Notes under the pieces: generated by a model
Database searches by the model: none
What the model was told of the DNA's origin: nothing
Seen by the model: the letters and a program-made list of their open reading frames with translations, nothing else
NCBI GenBank assembly: GCA_918262735.1
Contig: CAKJYJ010000005.1
Coordinates: forward strand, 6,541 to 70,540
Length of the DNA: 64,000 nucleotides
Direction of reading: 5' to 3'
Origin: Clostridiales bacterium
GTDB taxonomy: Bacteria > Bacillota > Clostridia > Christensenellales > UBA1242
Made by a program: the position numbers and the translations under genes
Shown here: positions 30,730 through 41,106 of the stretch, one piece after another
Layout of the letters: every line of letters begins with the position of its first letter
How positions within the stretch are numbered: the first letter of the stretch is position 1

Positions 30730-31980
30730 CTAATTTATTAATGCATTCAAAATTCCGCTTCCAATAACCAAGTTTACTAAATAGTTGTTGTCTGATATAT
30801 ATGACGATAAACACAATGACTTGGCCAGTTTGTTAAAATCGTCATCAACATCAATACCAAACCTAAACACACTTTTAACCGCGCTAGAAAATTTATTAAT
30901 AGACAACATTTGAGAAGCCACTATTTTTAGTATTTCTTCCCTATCTTGTAAATATTTTCGTTTTTTATACACATTTTCATCAAGTTTGTTAAAATAATAA
31001 TTTCCCTTTAACATTTGGTACGTAATTTGATTTTTCTCCAACTCTTCAGCAACTCTAACATAATTACACTTTTCAAGGATCAAAACACTATTTAGCGAAA
31101 CATATCTCTCTAAAACGGCAATAATTGATTTGGCACAAAGTAACATTCTCTTCCCGGCATATTCTTTTTGTTCTTCAGTAATGGAGTTATACACACAGAA
31201 CATGTTTATCAATAAATAGTCCTCCAAATTTAGCATAGAAAGAAAGAAACCAAAATCTATAAATAAATCCATTAAAACCAGGTTTGAATCCTCTCCACAA
31301 AGAAGAATATTTAGCTGCTCACAATCTAGCTTTGCAAATAACTTCTCTAAGCCCAAAAAAATAAATTTTTGCTTTTCTATATTCTCAACGGCACCTTCAA
31401 CATAAACACTTCTAAAAGAGTGCAAAAAAGCCAATCCATTTATATTTGAACAGCAGGTTGCACTTTTTATTATTGATTCCTGTATAAAAACCCTACTTGG
31501 AAAATTTGCATAAAAGCTCTTACAACTATCAAATGGATTTATACAATAATTGGTGAAATATGACATTGAGCTAGCCATTGTTGGACAAACAATATATGGG
31601 ATGTGATGAATGTAAGAAAAGTACTTAACCACATCAGTTGTCTTACCTCCACCAAAAGCAATAATCAGCGAAAATTTATTCTTAACAATTTTATCACTAA
31701 GCAAACACAATTCTCTTTTATCAAAATTACACCTTGAAATAAAATGACTGACTTCTTCCGTACCACAAAAAAGTGCGTTTAATATTTTTGTAACATCTTC
31801 GGCAGGAATACTCTTTGTTGACACCAAAAGTATGTTTTTATTTGTATAATTTAATTTTACATAAGTTTTCAAATCTTCAAATGCATTCTTCTTATAAACA
31901 ATATTTTTGTAATATGTTGCATCTTCCATATATTTCTCCCAAACACACAATAACATAAAAAATAACCAAAAAATGAGCAA
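30730..31980 (-). CDS. Dehydroquinate-synthase-like / iron-containing alcohol dehydrogenase fold protein (glycerol-1-phosphate dehydrogenase-like)
   Basis: The nucleotide-binding loop IIAFGGGKTTDVVKY and the segment PYIVCPTMASSMS match the GGGxxxDxxK / PTxAS pattern of the Fe-ADH/G1PDH (AraM/EgsA) family. The probable true start is MEDATYYK at nt 31929, which has a GGGAG RBS. Metal-ligand His residues are not evident by eye. Confidence 0.5.
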   Translation of the reverse strand: MLIFWLFFMLLCVWEKYMEDATYYKNIVYKKNAFEDLKTYVKLNYTNKNILLVSTKSIPAEDVTKILNALFCGTEEVSHFISRCNFDKRELCLLSDKIVKNKFSLIIAFGGGKTTDVVKYFSYIHHIPYIVCPTMASSMSYFTNYCINPFDSCKSFYANFPSRVFIQESIIKSATCCSNINGLAFLHSFRSVYVEGAVENIEKQKFIFLGLEKLFAKLDCEQLNILLCGEDSNLVLMDLFIDFGFFLSMLNLEDYLLINMFCVYNSITEEQKEYAGKRMLLCAKSIIAVLERYVSLNSVLILEKCNYVRVAEELEKNQITYQMLKGNYYFNKLDENVYKKRKYLQDREEILKIVASQMLSINKFSSAVKSVFRFGIDVDDDFNKLAKSLCLSSYISDNNYLVNLVIGSGILNALIN

Positions 31981-32006
31981 AAAATGTTATTTTTTATATT
32001 TTTTTA

Positions 32007-33104
32007 ATGTATTTTTATGTAATTTTTATAAAAAATAATGATATGAGAAATTTTTCTTTTTTACTTTCTGTTGTGTTTTTATTAACCATAACCCCCACAC
32101 TCAACGGCAAAAAGAATTGTACACAGAGTAATTATTATTACACATTTTGCTCGGAACATCTTTTTACTCATTGCCTTATTGCCTACCCAGAAATTGCGTT
32201 TAGAACCAGCAATAGCATGCGCCAAAACTACGACACAGACTGCATCACACCAAAAGAGTTTATTTCTATTCTAAATTCTCTGCATGCCAACAACTATATT
32301 CTTGTTTCTCTAGAAGATTGTTTCACAATTACAGATGGCGTTGCGGTAAAAAACAAAGTAAAGGTTCCCGTTGGTAAAAAACCAATTGTAATTAGTTTTG
32401 ATGACGTTAACTATGACCATAAAAAAATGGGTCTAGGTATGGTTGATAAATTAATAATTGATGAATATGGGGAAATAGCCACACAAACAATTATTGATGG
32501 TAATGTTAATATTAGATACGATAATGAATTTTTACCAATACTGGAAAACTTTATAAAAATTCACCCAGACTTTTCCCCTTACGGAGCACGGGGGACCATT
32601 AATTTAACCGGATATGATGGCATTTTAGGTTACAGAACCAGCCACAACAATACTAATGACAGATACGACGAGATTACCGAAGCAAAAAAAGTTGTTAATA
32701 AAATTAAAAGCCTTGGATGGACATTCGCCTGCCATAGTTACGGACATTATCACATGAAAAAAATATCTGATGAAAAGTTCCTTGAAGAAATTACACTTTG
32801 GAAAAATGAAGTTGAACCAATAATTGGAAAAACTGACGTTTATGTTTACCCATATGGAGAGTGGGAGGTTTTTAATAATGGCGAATACACATACAAACAT
32901 CAACTTTTAATTGAAAATGGGTACAGGCTGTTTTGTGGTGTTGGTATGAAAACATTTTTTTCGTTCCTTCCAAACAAAAACGGCAAAAAGGTTCTTTTTA
33001 TGGATAGAAAAGTGATTGATGGAACAACGTTAAAAGGTAACAACGAAAATTTACTGCCATTTTTTAACCCGCTTGAAGTGATAGATAACATACGGAAATT
33101 TTAA
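32007..33104 (+). CDS. Polysaccharide deacetylase (NodB-homology) family protein, secreted
   Basis: It carries the motifs VISFDDVNYD (TFDDG-like) and ACHSYGHYH (HSxxH). A signal-like N-terminus starts at M13 (MRNFSFLLSVVFLLTITP, nt 32043). Confidence 0.65.
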   Translation: MYFYVIFIKNNDMRNFSFLLSVVFLLTITPTLNGKKNCTQSNYYYTFCSEHLFTHCLIAYPEIAFRTSNSMRQNYDTDCITPKEFISILNSLHANNYILVSLEDCFTITDGVAVKNKVKVPVGKKPIVISFDDVNYDHKKMGLGMVDKLIIDEYGEIATQTIIDGNVNIRYDNEFLPILENFIKIHPDFSPYGARGTINLTGYDGILGYRTSHNNTNDRYDEITEAKKVVNKIKSLGWTFACHSYGHYHMKKISDEKFLEEITLWKNEVEPIIGKTDVYVYPYGEWEVFNNGEYTYKHQLLIENGYRLFCGVGMKTFFSFLPNKNGKKVLFMDRKVIDGTTLKGNNENLLPFFNPLEVIDNIRKF

Positions 33105-33622
33105 GAAATTATATAGTTGTATGGAGCACTAGTCGCCTCTACAACAACAGATAAAATATAGTTCTGGTTGCTCTCTAGTTTAATATCGTCTTTTATTTTA
33201 ATATACTTACAAAGCCCAATTTTTTCACGTGCACTAACCGCCTGATTAAAATAAATATAACCATCGCTTCCACTCACCCAGTTAACAAGCCCAAAAACCA
33301 TACCCATATTGTCTTTATTATCAAGCATCAATTTTGCTCTCAAATATGTTTCTTTGTCTCCATTTTGAATATAAATATTTTGTTTTATATCGGTCCCCAA
33401 AACCAAAGTTCCTCCAAAATTGAAAGAACATGAATAAACGCCTTCCCCGTTAATAACAATAGTTTCATCCTCGCCAAGCACCTTACTAAATGAAACCATT
33501 CTACTATAATAAAAACCACCAATAAAATTGTATGTTATACTAACAACACACATTAAAGATAACAAAATAATAATAGAAATCAAAAGAGCAATTGTGCCAT
33601 TTTTTTTATTATTTATTGCCAT
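33101..33622 (-). CDS. Membrane-anchored hypothetical protein (173 aa)
   Basis: It has an N-terminal anchor, NKKNGTIALLISIIILLSLMCVVSI, followed by a beta-rich ectodomain. I recognise no domain. Its end overlaps the convergent deacetylase gene by 4 nt. Confidence 0.5.
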   Translation of the reverse strand: MAINNKKNGTIALLISIIILLSLMCVVSITYNFIGGFYYSRMVSFSKVLGEDETIVINGEGVYSCSFNFGGTLVLGTDIKQNIYIQNGDKETYLRAKLMLDNKDNMGMVFGLVNWVSGSDGYIYFNQAVSAREKIGLCKYIKIKDDIKLESNQNYILSVVVEATSAPYNYIIS

Positions 33623-33649
33623 TTTTCTCTCACAATCATCAATCTACCA

Positions 33650-33678
33650 ATAAAAAATCCGCAAACTATTGCGGATTA
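33650..33678 (-). terminator. Intrinsic terminator after the MprF/YbhN-like gene
   Basis: An 8-bp stem ATCCGCAA/TTGCGGAT (33657-33664 / 33669-33676) has a 4-nt loop. Runs on both sides (A5 on one, T5 on the other) make it usable in both directions. Confidence 0.6.
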
Positions 33679-33709
33679 ATTTTTGACACAATTACAAAAA
33701 ATTAACAAT

Positions 33710-35050
33710 TTATAACTTAATTTTGCCGGATTTTATTGTTTTATTATACTTTTTTAGCTGAACCTGCTTAAATTTTGTACTTTCAGCCTCAAGCTCCCAC
33801 TTCTTTTTTTGCCACTCATACTTCTTATTACCTATCACATAATCATAAACCAAGACCAATAGACCCTGAATCAAATATATATAATAATTCATAAATCTCC
33901 AAAGTAATAGACCCCAGAAAACAGTTCCATTTGGATATATACTTGCAAATGTGAGGGTGAACGCAACCTCACTCATGCCAGTTCCACCGGGAAGAGGAAT
34001 GAAACCAGAAGCAACCTCAATTAACACTGAGAACACCCAAATTTGAACAAACGTTGCAAAACTTGGGGCTCCGCCAAGCATGATAAATATAAAGTAAGGA
34101 ATAGAAAAGTTAATAACAAATTGAAGAAGATTCGTGAAAATCAACAATACAAAACTTTTAAGGTCTTTGGTGTAACGAGTCATTGTTTGCTGAAATCCCG
34201 CAACCGTATCCATAACCTTGTCATATATTTTTTCATAACTTTTAATAATATGCATTTTATAAAGAAGTTTTATTAACTTTGCAACAATCACTCTACCAAT
34301 TTTCTTACTAACCGATAGCACCCAAACACCAACAAGCATTAAAGCATTTAGTGCAAAGCCAATATATGACGCAGCACTAACCAGGCCAGAACCTATGTTA
34401 TGTTGAGATGAATATATTGTTGCAAACACACAAGTTATTAGCCAAGCAATTTGAAACACAACATATCTTGCAAGCGGAATAGAAATTGCAGTTCCCGGAT
34501 CAACCCCATGTTTACTCAAATAAAAAACTTGAAATGGTTGACCACCCGTTGACATTGGTGTTATGCAGTCGTAATATCTGCCTATTGAATTCATTTTGTA
34601 ACAAAGTGTCGGCCTAAACCGCTTTGTGCTTCGCCACAGTAAGAATGTTACTCTAAACGTATCTAAAAACATTACAAAAATGAAGCATACTATGATAACC
34701 AAAACAAATCCAGCCCTAAACATTCCGCTAGAAATTATTTCATCAAATGGTTGAACGTGGGAATTGAATACTTGGTACAATAAAATTGCAACAACAACAC
34801 ATATGTTAAACACAAAGAATATTGCATTCGTTATTTTTTTCTTTTTTGATTTTTGCTTAGCAACCTCTTGATTAGCTTCTCCAAGCTTATTTGCCATATC
34901 AACAGCATTGTCCATGTCGTGGATATAATCATCAATTGTCATTTGATCATTCAGGGCATTTTCTGTGCAAAAAAACATACCATCAGTATCATGGCACAAA
35001 TTAACTCTATTTTTAGAATATATAATTGTTTTTTTCCTTTTCTTGCCCAT
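33710..35050 (-). CDS. Lysylphosphatidylglycerol-synthase-TM-region (UPF0104 / YbhN / MprF flippase-like) membrane protein
   Basis: It is polytopic, and the signature TPMSTGGQPFQVFYLSKHGVDPGTAISIPLARYV is typical of PF03706-type proteins. The track start at 35146 overlaps the upstream terminator. I prefer MGKKRKKT at nt 35050. Confidence 0.7.
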   Translation of the reverse strand: MGKKRKKTIIYSKNRVNLCHDTDGMFFCTENALNDQMTIDDYIHDMDNAVDMANKLGEANQEVAKQKSKKKKITNAIFFVFNICVVVAILLYQVFNSHVQPFDEIISSGMFRAGFVLVIIVCFIFVMFLDTFRVTFLLWRSTKRFRPTLCYKMNSIGRYYDCITPMSTGGQPFQVFYLSKHGVDPGTAISIPLARYVVFQIAWLITCVFATIYSSQHNIGSGLVSAASYIGFALNALMLVGVWVLSVSKKIGRVIVAKLIKLLYKMHIIKSYEKIYDKVMDTVAGFQQTMTRYTKDLKSFVLLIFTNLLQFVINFSIPYFIFIMLGGAPSFATFVQIWVFSVLIEVASGFIPLPGGTGMSEVAFTLTFASIYPNGTVFWGLLLWRFMNYYIYLIQGLLVLVYDYVIGNKKYEWQKKKWELEAESTKFKQVQLKKYNKTIKSGKIKL

Positions 35051-35140
35051 AAGCTTTTTAATAATACCATAAATAAAATATTTTTGTAAAGACAATTTCC
35101 CGAATATTTTATAGTGAACTATAAAGACACATTTATCTCG

Positions 35141-35175
35141 CAACAAAAAACGCCAAATTTATTATGGCGTTTTGT
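35141..35175 (-). terminator. Intrinsic terminator after the 445-aa orphan gene
   Basis: A 9-bp stem AAAACGCCA/TGGCGTTTT (35147-35155 / 35165-35173) has a 9-nt loop. A U-run follows on the minus-strand RNA. Confidence 0.65.
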
Positions 35176-35192
35176 TAAATTTCTAATTAGTA

Positions 35193-36530
35193 TTAATATT
35201 TTGAACCGTATCGGTCTTCTGTGTTAATGGCGCCTTTATAACACTCTCTCATTAATTCGCAGACTCCAAAACCATAATACTTTTCAAACATTGCTTTGTT
35301 ACATGGATTTGATATATCCCTTGTTTTTTCATAAGCCGCTGCGATCCCAAGCCTTTTTAATTTGTTATAAAGTGGAACAAAAGTTGTTTGAATATCTTTA
35401 TCGCTTAAGCCTTTTCCCTTTAGGAAATCAACTAACGAAACGGGATTGCCAATAGTCTGACCAAGCCATTCATTTGTTTTTTTAATTGTGGACTGAATAT
35501 TAATGTCATATTTTGACGTTTTGCACCCATGAAGTGCATAATATTTCTCATAATCAGCAACAACCCGTGCAATATCTTCTTTTTTCTTAACCGGTATTGC
35601 TTCTGTTAAACGCTTTTTATCTATAAGATTTTTTAAATATTTTTTTATGCCTAAAATTCTATTTTCAATCTTTTCCTTTTTCTCATTAGATGGTTTTACA
35701 AAATTTTCAAGTTCATCAACCCAACTTAAATAGTTTGTGCGATACTGCTCGTCTCTTTCTTTATATTTTTTCTTGTTGATGAATGAAAATGCACCCCTAT
35801 TATGCTTAATATATTTGTCATGGAATTCTTCGTATTCTTTTTTGGCTTCATCATACTCTTTTTTAATTGCTGCATACTTTTCATTTTCACTGTTACTATC
35901 ATTTATTAACTCTGGGGTCAATAGCCTTTCTGTTCTTTTTAATTTGGCGCTAACCGCATTAATTTCATCTTCAAATTCCCGTTTTGTCTTCAATAAATCT
36001 TTAACAGATAGGCAACAACCATTAACATCATCGTGAGTAACAACCGCCGATATTTGTCTGCCAGTAAGCTCTCCAGAAGGTGAATAAATGCCAGATATTT
36101 CAAAACCCGCAACATACTCATTATCCATGTTTAATCTATACTTATCAACTCTAATTTTTATTAATGTTGCCCTATCTCTTGCTTGCGCAGAAACACCTTC
36201 TAAGTAATCTTTTAGAACTATGTAGTCCCCTTTAACTGAACTAGAGTATTCCGACAAAAGCTTTAGTGCTTTTTTATATTTTTCATCTGTAATGTCAATT
36301 GGTTTTAATTTTCCTGCGCCAACCGCACCCCTAACATCTTCGCTAACATATGCCATGAGGTTTCTTACAACATTGTACTTTTCGTTATTCACAATATCGG
36401 CATCTCTACAAATTTTAAAAACCCTATTTGCCGACATACATGAATTCATATTCTCAATCAACTTTGCCTTTCTTATTGTTGATAATGTTTCATCTTTCAC
36501 AATATCGGTAGCATCTATTTTTTTATACAT
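35193..36530 (-). CDS. Hypothetical cytoplasmic protein with central K/E-rich coiled-coil (445 aa)
   Basis: It is a clean ORF with no signal peptide or TM segment. The central segment is EFEDEINAVSAKLKRTERLL...KYAAIKKEYDEAKKEYEEFHDKYIKHN...KKEKIENRILGIKKYLKNLIDKK. I can name no family. Confidence 0.55.
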   Translation of the reverse strand: MYKKIDATDIVKDETLSTIRKAKLIENMNSCMSANRVFKICRDADIVNNEKYNVVRNLMAYVSEDVRGAVGAGKLKPIDITDEKYKKALKLLSEYSSSVKGDYIVLKDYLEGVSAQARDRATLIKIRVDKYRLNMDNEYVAGFEISGIYSPSGELTGRQISAVVTHDDVNGCCLSVKDLLKTKREFEDEINAVSAKLKRTERLLTPELINDSNSENEKYAAIKKEYDEAKKEYEEFHDKYIKHNRGAFSFINKKKYKERDEQYRTNYLSWVDELENFVKPSNEKKEKIENRILGIKKYLKNLIDKKRLTEAIPVKKKEDIARVVADYEKYYALHGCKTSKYDINIQSTIKKTNEWLGQTIGNPVSLVDFLKGKGLSDKDIQTTFVPLYNKLKRLGIAAAYEKTRDISNPCNKAMFEKYYGFGVCELMRECYKGAINTEDRYGSKY

Positions 36531-36650
36531 AATTCCCCCTAACTTTCAAAAGAATGATAACACAGTAAACAACAATAGTCAATACTAAAAAATTATATTT
36601 ATATATATTTTTTTTAACAAGTTTTTAACATGCAACTCCAGCGACCATAA

Positions 36651-37514
36651 TTATATAAATTTGAACTTCGGAATAAAACTTTTTGAAGCACTGCTATGCT
36701 CCTGAACATATCCATCAAGCCCAAGTTTTTCATACTCCATTAAAACCTTATTGTACTCTCTTTGTGTTATTTTTCTAGAAATTGCCTTAAACTCACAAGC
36801 CCTTCCATATGGTGTGTATTGTGCCATTAAACTAACCCTTGTTCCCGGTACATTTTCTTTTATTGCCCTCAACACAGCAACAGAATCGCCCGTGCAAAGA
36901 GGCAATATCATATGCCTTATTATAACTCCCTGCAAACATTTTCCATTTTTATCAAAAATGTCACTTTTTAGCTGCCGCATCTTTTTTATTGATTTTAACG
37001 CAACAGAATAATAATCCTCAGCACCAGAAAACATTTTCGAAATGTTGCCTGAATAATATTTGAAATCTGGCAAAAAAACATCAACATAGGGTGCAACATA
37101 TTCAATTATTTCTTCGCTTTCATATGCGTTAGTGTTATAAATCACTGGAACTTTGGGTTTATATTTTTTTAGCGCATCAACAATTAAATGCACATAGTGC
37201 ATAGGACTAACAAGATTAATATTCTCCGCACCCTCACTTTCTAACTCTTTAATAATATCAATAAATTCTTCTTGTGTTATATATTTTCCAGAACAGTTTG
37301 TTGATATTTCATAGTTTTGACAAAACACACATTTAAGATTGCAACCAGAAAAAAATATAGCACCGCTGCCTTTATTGATGCTAATACATGGTTCTTCATA
37401 TTGAAAAAGTTCATAGTGAGCAATTTTTAGTTTGTTTGGCATCTGGCATACACCATAGCCAGCATTTTCATTTCTTTCCTTTCCACATTTTCTTGGACAC
37501 AAATTGCATATCAT
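36651..37514 (-). CDS. Radical SAM protein, PflX-like (COG1313, pyruvate-formate-lyase-activase-related)
   Basis: The N-terminal Cys cluster is MICNLCPRKCGKER...GVC, and the radical-SAM motif is GCNLKCVFCQNYEIS (CxxxCxxC). Confidence 0.75.
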   Translation of the reverse strand: MICNLCPRKCGKERNENAGYGVCQMPNKLKIAHYELFQYEEPCISINKGSGAIFFSGCNLKCVFCQNYEISTNCSGKYITQEEFIDIIKELESEGAENINLVSPMHYVHLIVDALKKYKPKVPVIYNTNAYESEEIIEYVAPYVDVFLPDFKYYSGNISKMFSGAEDYYSVALKSIKKMRQLKSDIFDKNGKCLQGVIIRHMILPLCTGDSVAVLRAIKENVPGTRVSLMAQYTPYGRACEFKAISRKITQREYNKVLMEYEKLGLDGYVQEHSSASKSFIPKFKFI

Positions 37515-37545
37515 ACAAAAATTATATTTGCTTTTTTTAAATGTG

Positions 37546-38298
37546 TCAATTCACCAAAAGGTTTTTATTAAAAAGATTTTTAATTGCCCGTTCAAACTCT
37601 GGTTCATCTTTGGTTAAAATTACTTTTACAGAACTACGGTGTCTATTCTTTCTAATTAAATATTTTGAATTAATTGCCACTCCATACTCGCACTCCAAAA
37701 AACTTGCTTCTGTGAATATCTTTTTTAATTGACCTTTAATATGTTTAAAATGTGTACATCCAAGAGCAATGTTTTTTACATTTTTATATTGTTTTTTTAA
37801 TACGCCATGTAACGTGAATTTTTTAGATAATAATGAAAAAATTGCGTAAGTATCGCCATTTTTTATAAAAAAATCAATATTTTTTGCAAAATTTTTAATA
37901 TTTGCTGTTTTAAAGTTTGAATAATTAGATAGGTAATATTGCACTTTTTTGTTATGTTTTATTGTGTTTTTAGTTGCAAATAATAAAGTATCATAACCAT
38001 TACCCTCAACACCCAAAAGGTTGGGGCTAGTGGTAATAATTGGAACATTGTAATCCATTTTTGTGATATCTATAATTGAACTTGCAGTGTTACACGCAAT
38101 TATAATTAAATCTAGTTTATATTCTTTTAATAAGTTTTCAATGTTACTTTTTGTGATTTCTAACACCTTGTACGCCGGCTTATTACCATAAGGACTATTT
38201 TGATTATCAACTAAATATATAAAATCTTCGTTATAATATTTCATACACTCTATAATAACATTTGCACCGCCACTACCACTATCTATTACTCCAACCAC
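37546..38298 (-). CDS. murI: Glutamate racemase
   Basis: Matching segments are VGVIDSGSGGANV, DNQNSPYGNK, IIIACNTASS and ALGCTHF. The two catalytic Cys motifs are present. Confidence 0.8.
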   Translation of the reverse strand: MVGVIDSGSGGANVIIECMKYYNEDFIYLVDNQNSPYGNKPAYKVLEITKSNIENLLKEYKLDLIIIACNTASSIIDITKMDYNVPIITTSPNLLGVEGNGYDTLLFATKNTIKHNKKVQYYLSNYSNFKTANIKNFAKNIDFFIKNGDTYAIFSLLSKKFTLHGVLKKQYKNVKNIALGCTHFKHIKGQLKKIFTEASFLECEYGVAINSKYLIRKNRHRSSVKVILTKDEPEFERAIKNLFNKNLLVN

Positions 38299-38337
38299 AA
38301 TCTTTTATATGTTAGCATTTTGTATTGTGTTACCATT

Positions 38338-40287
38338 TTAACTCTTTAATTGTTTCTTAAGAAGTGTTATTCTATCTCTTATTTCAATTGCAGTTTCAAA
38401 GTCTAGTTGTTTACTTGCAACATTCATCATACCCTTCAGCCTTTCAATTTCTTTTGCAACATCATTTGGTTTTTCTACGGCCTTTTTGTTGAACTCTAGA
38501 GTGTTTTTAACCTCTTTAATGATTGTTGTTGGAACAATGTTGTGCTCTTTATTAAACGCCATCTGTTTTTCACGGCGTCTTGCAGTTTCATCAATTGCTC
38601 TTTTCATGCTGTCGGTTATTGTATCTGCAAACATAATGACCCGGCCATCACTATTTCTTGCAACCCTACCAATCGTTTGAATTAGTGCAGTGTCCGATCG
38701 TAAAAAACCCTCCTTGTCTGCATCTAAAATACAAACAAGTTCAACTTCTGGCATGTCTAACCCCTCTCTTAAAAGGTTAATACCCACAATAACATCAAAA
38801 TCCCCACGTCTGAGCCCGTTTATTATTTCAATACGCTCCATCGTATCGATTTCGCTATGTAAATATTTTACTCTTATTGTCCTTTCGCTTAAAAACGTTG
38901 TTAAACTTTCTGCCATTTTTTTCGTTAACGTTGTAATTAAAACCCGCCTATTCTTTTTTACAGTATTATTAATTTCGTTTATTAAGTATTCTATTTGTCC
39001 TTCAGTTTTAACAACATCAACAATTGGATCCAATAGTCCTGTTGGCCTTATTAACTGTTCAACAATTTGACCGCTTTTCCCCCTTTCATATTCGGCAGGT
39101 GTTGCAGAAACAAATATAACTTGATTTAATCTTTTTTCAAATTCCTTAAAATTTAATGGCCTATTATCAAAAGCTGCAGGCAACCTGAATCCATATTCAA
39201 CTAAACTTGATTTTCTTGCTCTGTCGCCATTATACATCGCTCTGATTTGAGGAATTGTCATATGACTTTCATCAATTATGGTTAAATAGCCATCTGGAAA
39301 ATAATCCATCAATGTATATGGGGGTTCGCCCTCTCTTCTTCCATCAAAATAACGAGAATAGTTTTCAATTCCGCTACAATAGCCAATCTCTCTCATCATT
39401 TCAACGTCGTAACTTACCCGTTCTTTTAGCCTTTGTGCTTCAATTAGTTTTCCTTCTTTTTCAAACTTTTGAACAAAGTAATCTCTATCATCTTCAATCT
39501 GTTTGATTGCATTTAACAACTTTTCACTTCCAACCGCATAATGAGTTGCTGGGAATACAACAATTCTATCTAGCTTTTCAATTTTGTTACCCGTTAATGG
39601 GTCAAATTCGTATAGTCCATCAATTTCGTCTCCAAAAAACTCAACCCTGATTGCAATTTCCGAACTGTTTGATGGAAATATATCTAATATATCACCCTTA
39701 CTTCTAAATGTTGTTCTTTTAAAATCAATCTCACTTCTTATGTATTGAATGTCAATTAAATGTTTAATAACCTGTTCTCTGGTTATTTTTTGCCCAACCG
39801 TTAATAGTAATTGTAAATTCCAATACTCCTCCGGACAACCAAGCCCATAAATGCACGAAACAGAAGCAACAACAATCGTGTCACTCCTTTCAAGCAAACT
39901 TGTTGTTGCCGACGCCCTAAGTTTGTCTATCTCCTCATTAATAGACATATCTTTTTCTATGTATGTGTCAGAGGAAACAATGTATGCTTCTGGCTGATAG
40001 TAATCATAATATGAAACGAAGTATTCAACCCGGTTGTTTGGAAAAAAATCTCTAAACTCATTGCAAAGCTGTGCTGCCAATGTTTTGTTATGGGCAATAA
40101 CAAGTGTTGGTTTATTCACACTCGCAATAATATTAGCCATTGTGAATGTTTTTCCACTACCAGTAACACCAAGTAACACTTGAGAAGAAAGCCCGTCATT
40201 TAATCCTTCAACAAGTTTATCTATTGCCTGCGGCTGATCACCCGATGGCTTAAATTTTGAAACAAGTTCAAACTTTCTATATTCCAT
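38338..40287 (-). CDS. uvrB: Excinuclease ABC subunit B
   Basis: Matching segments are [33 protein letters not shown] and [14 protein letters not shown]. The C-terminal UVR domain reads [18 protein letters not shown]. Confidence 0.95.
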   Translation of the reverse strand: MEYRKFELVSKFKPSGDQPQAIDKLVEGLNDGLSSQVLLGVTGSGKTFTMANIIASVNKPTLVIAHNKTLAAQLCNEFRDFFPNNRVEYFVSYYDYYQPEAYIVSSDTYIEKDMSINEEIDKLRASATTSLLERSDTIVVASVSCIYGLGCPEEYWNLQLLLTVGQKITREQVIKHLIDIQYIRSEIDFKRTTFRSKGDILDIFPSNSSEIAIRVEFFGDEIDGLYEFDPLTGNKIEKLDRIVVFPATHYAVGSEKLLNAIKQIEDDRDYFVQKFEKEGKLIEAQRLKERVSYDVEMMREIGYCSGIENYSRYFDGRREGEPPYTLMDYFPDGYLTIIDESHMTIPQIRAMYNGDRARKSSLVEYGFRLPAAFDNRPLNFKEFEKRLNQVIFVSATPAEYERGKSGQIVEQLIRPTGLLDPIVDVVKTEGQIEYLINEINNTVKKNRRVLITTLTKKMAESLTTFLSERTIRVKYLHSEIDTMERIEIINGLRRGDFDVIVGINLLREGLDMPEVELVCILDADKEGFLRSDTALIQTIGRVARNSDGRVIMFADTITDSMKRAIDETARRREKQMAFNKEHNIVPTTIIKEVKNTLEFNKKAVEKPNDVAKEIERLKGMMNVASKQLDFETAIEIRDRITLLKKQLKS

Positions 40288-40357
40288 ATTTGCTCCATTT
40301 GTTTATGTTTATTTTATTACATAATTCAATAAAAAACAAACAATTTATTAAACAATG

Positions 40358-40723
40358 TTATGGCACAGAAAAAATTGTTTTTAATAATAACCCAACCGTA
40401 AAACTAAACACCGCAAAAATAAATGTTCTAAACACCGCAAGCCAAAACTGCTGTTTTTGTCTTTTTATATCTTTTTTTAATGTGATTGCCTTACCTTTTA
40501 GCGTTATGCAATAATAGTTCCCCACCTTACTTTCCGAAACAATAAATTCAATATAGTTCTCTTTTTGTAGCATAACCATAATGTCATCTAATTCGTTTGT
40601 TGTGATTAAATATTTTCTAGACACAACCTCGGCAATTTTTTCTGCCAAAATAAGATATGGCCTTTTTTGCGGGCACATTTCAACCAAATATAAAACAACA
40701 TATTTTTCTTTTTTGTCTAGCAT
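40358..40723 (-). CDS. Membrane-tethered winged-helix-like protein (121 aa), paralogue A
   Basis: The N-terminal ~75 aa are wHTH-like (...MVMLQKENYIEFIVSESKVGNYYCITLKGKAI). A basic linker follows, then one C-terminal TM segment (FWLAVFRTFIFAVFSFTVGLLL). Confidence 0.5.
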   Translation of the reverse strand: MLDKKEKYVVLYLVEMCPQKRPYLILAEKIAEVVSRKYLITTNELDDIMVMLQKENYIEFIVSESKVGNYYCITLKGKAITLKKDIKRQKQQFWLAVFRTFIFAVFSFTVGLLLKTIFSVP

Positions 40724-40734
40724 ATTGCACCATA

Positions 40735-41106
40735 TTAAAATATTAATCCATATACCATTATTGCCAAAAAAGACCCCAAAAATGCAAAAATAAACACTAA
40801 AAAGTATAAAAAAGAGCCCATTTTTATTAATTTTTTATCTTTTGCATGCTGGCTACTCTCAGCCTCTAAAATTTGTCTTGCAAAAGGAAGAGGTGTTAAA
40901 CAGCATACATTTTCATCTTTATATTTTATTGAAATGTATTCCCCTTTTTCTAAATATTCCAAACATAATTTAACAGTGCTCTCGTCTGGTTTGATTTTTT
41001 TTGGCAGACATTCAATTATATCTTTAACATCAAAAACCCTATAACTACCCTCCGAGCACTCTTTTACCAAAAAGCGTAAAATTGTTTTACATCTGTAATC
41101 CAACAT
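40735..41106 (-). CDS. Membrane-tethered winged-helix-like protein (~123 aa from M36), paralogue B
   Basis: I prefer the start MLDYRCKTILRFLVKE at nt 41106; the track start is 41211. The architecture matches the neighbouring gene: ...CLEYLEKGEYISIKYKDENVCCLTPLPFARQIL, then a C-terminal TM segment GSFLYFLVFIFAFLGSFLAIMVYGLIF. Confidence 0.5.
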   Translation of the reverse strand: MLDYRCKTILRFLVKECSEGSYRVFDVKDIIECLPKKIKPDESTVKLCLEYLEKGEYISIKYKDENVCCLTPLPFARQILEAESSQHAKDKKLIKMGSFLYFLVFIFAFLGSFLAIMVYGLIF

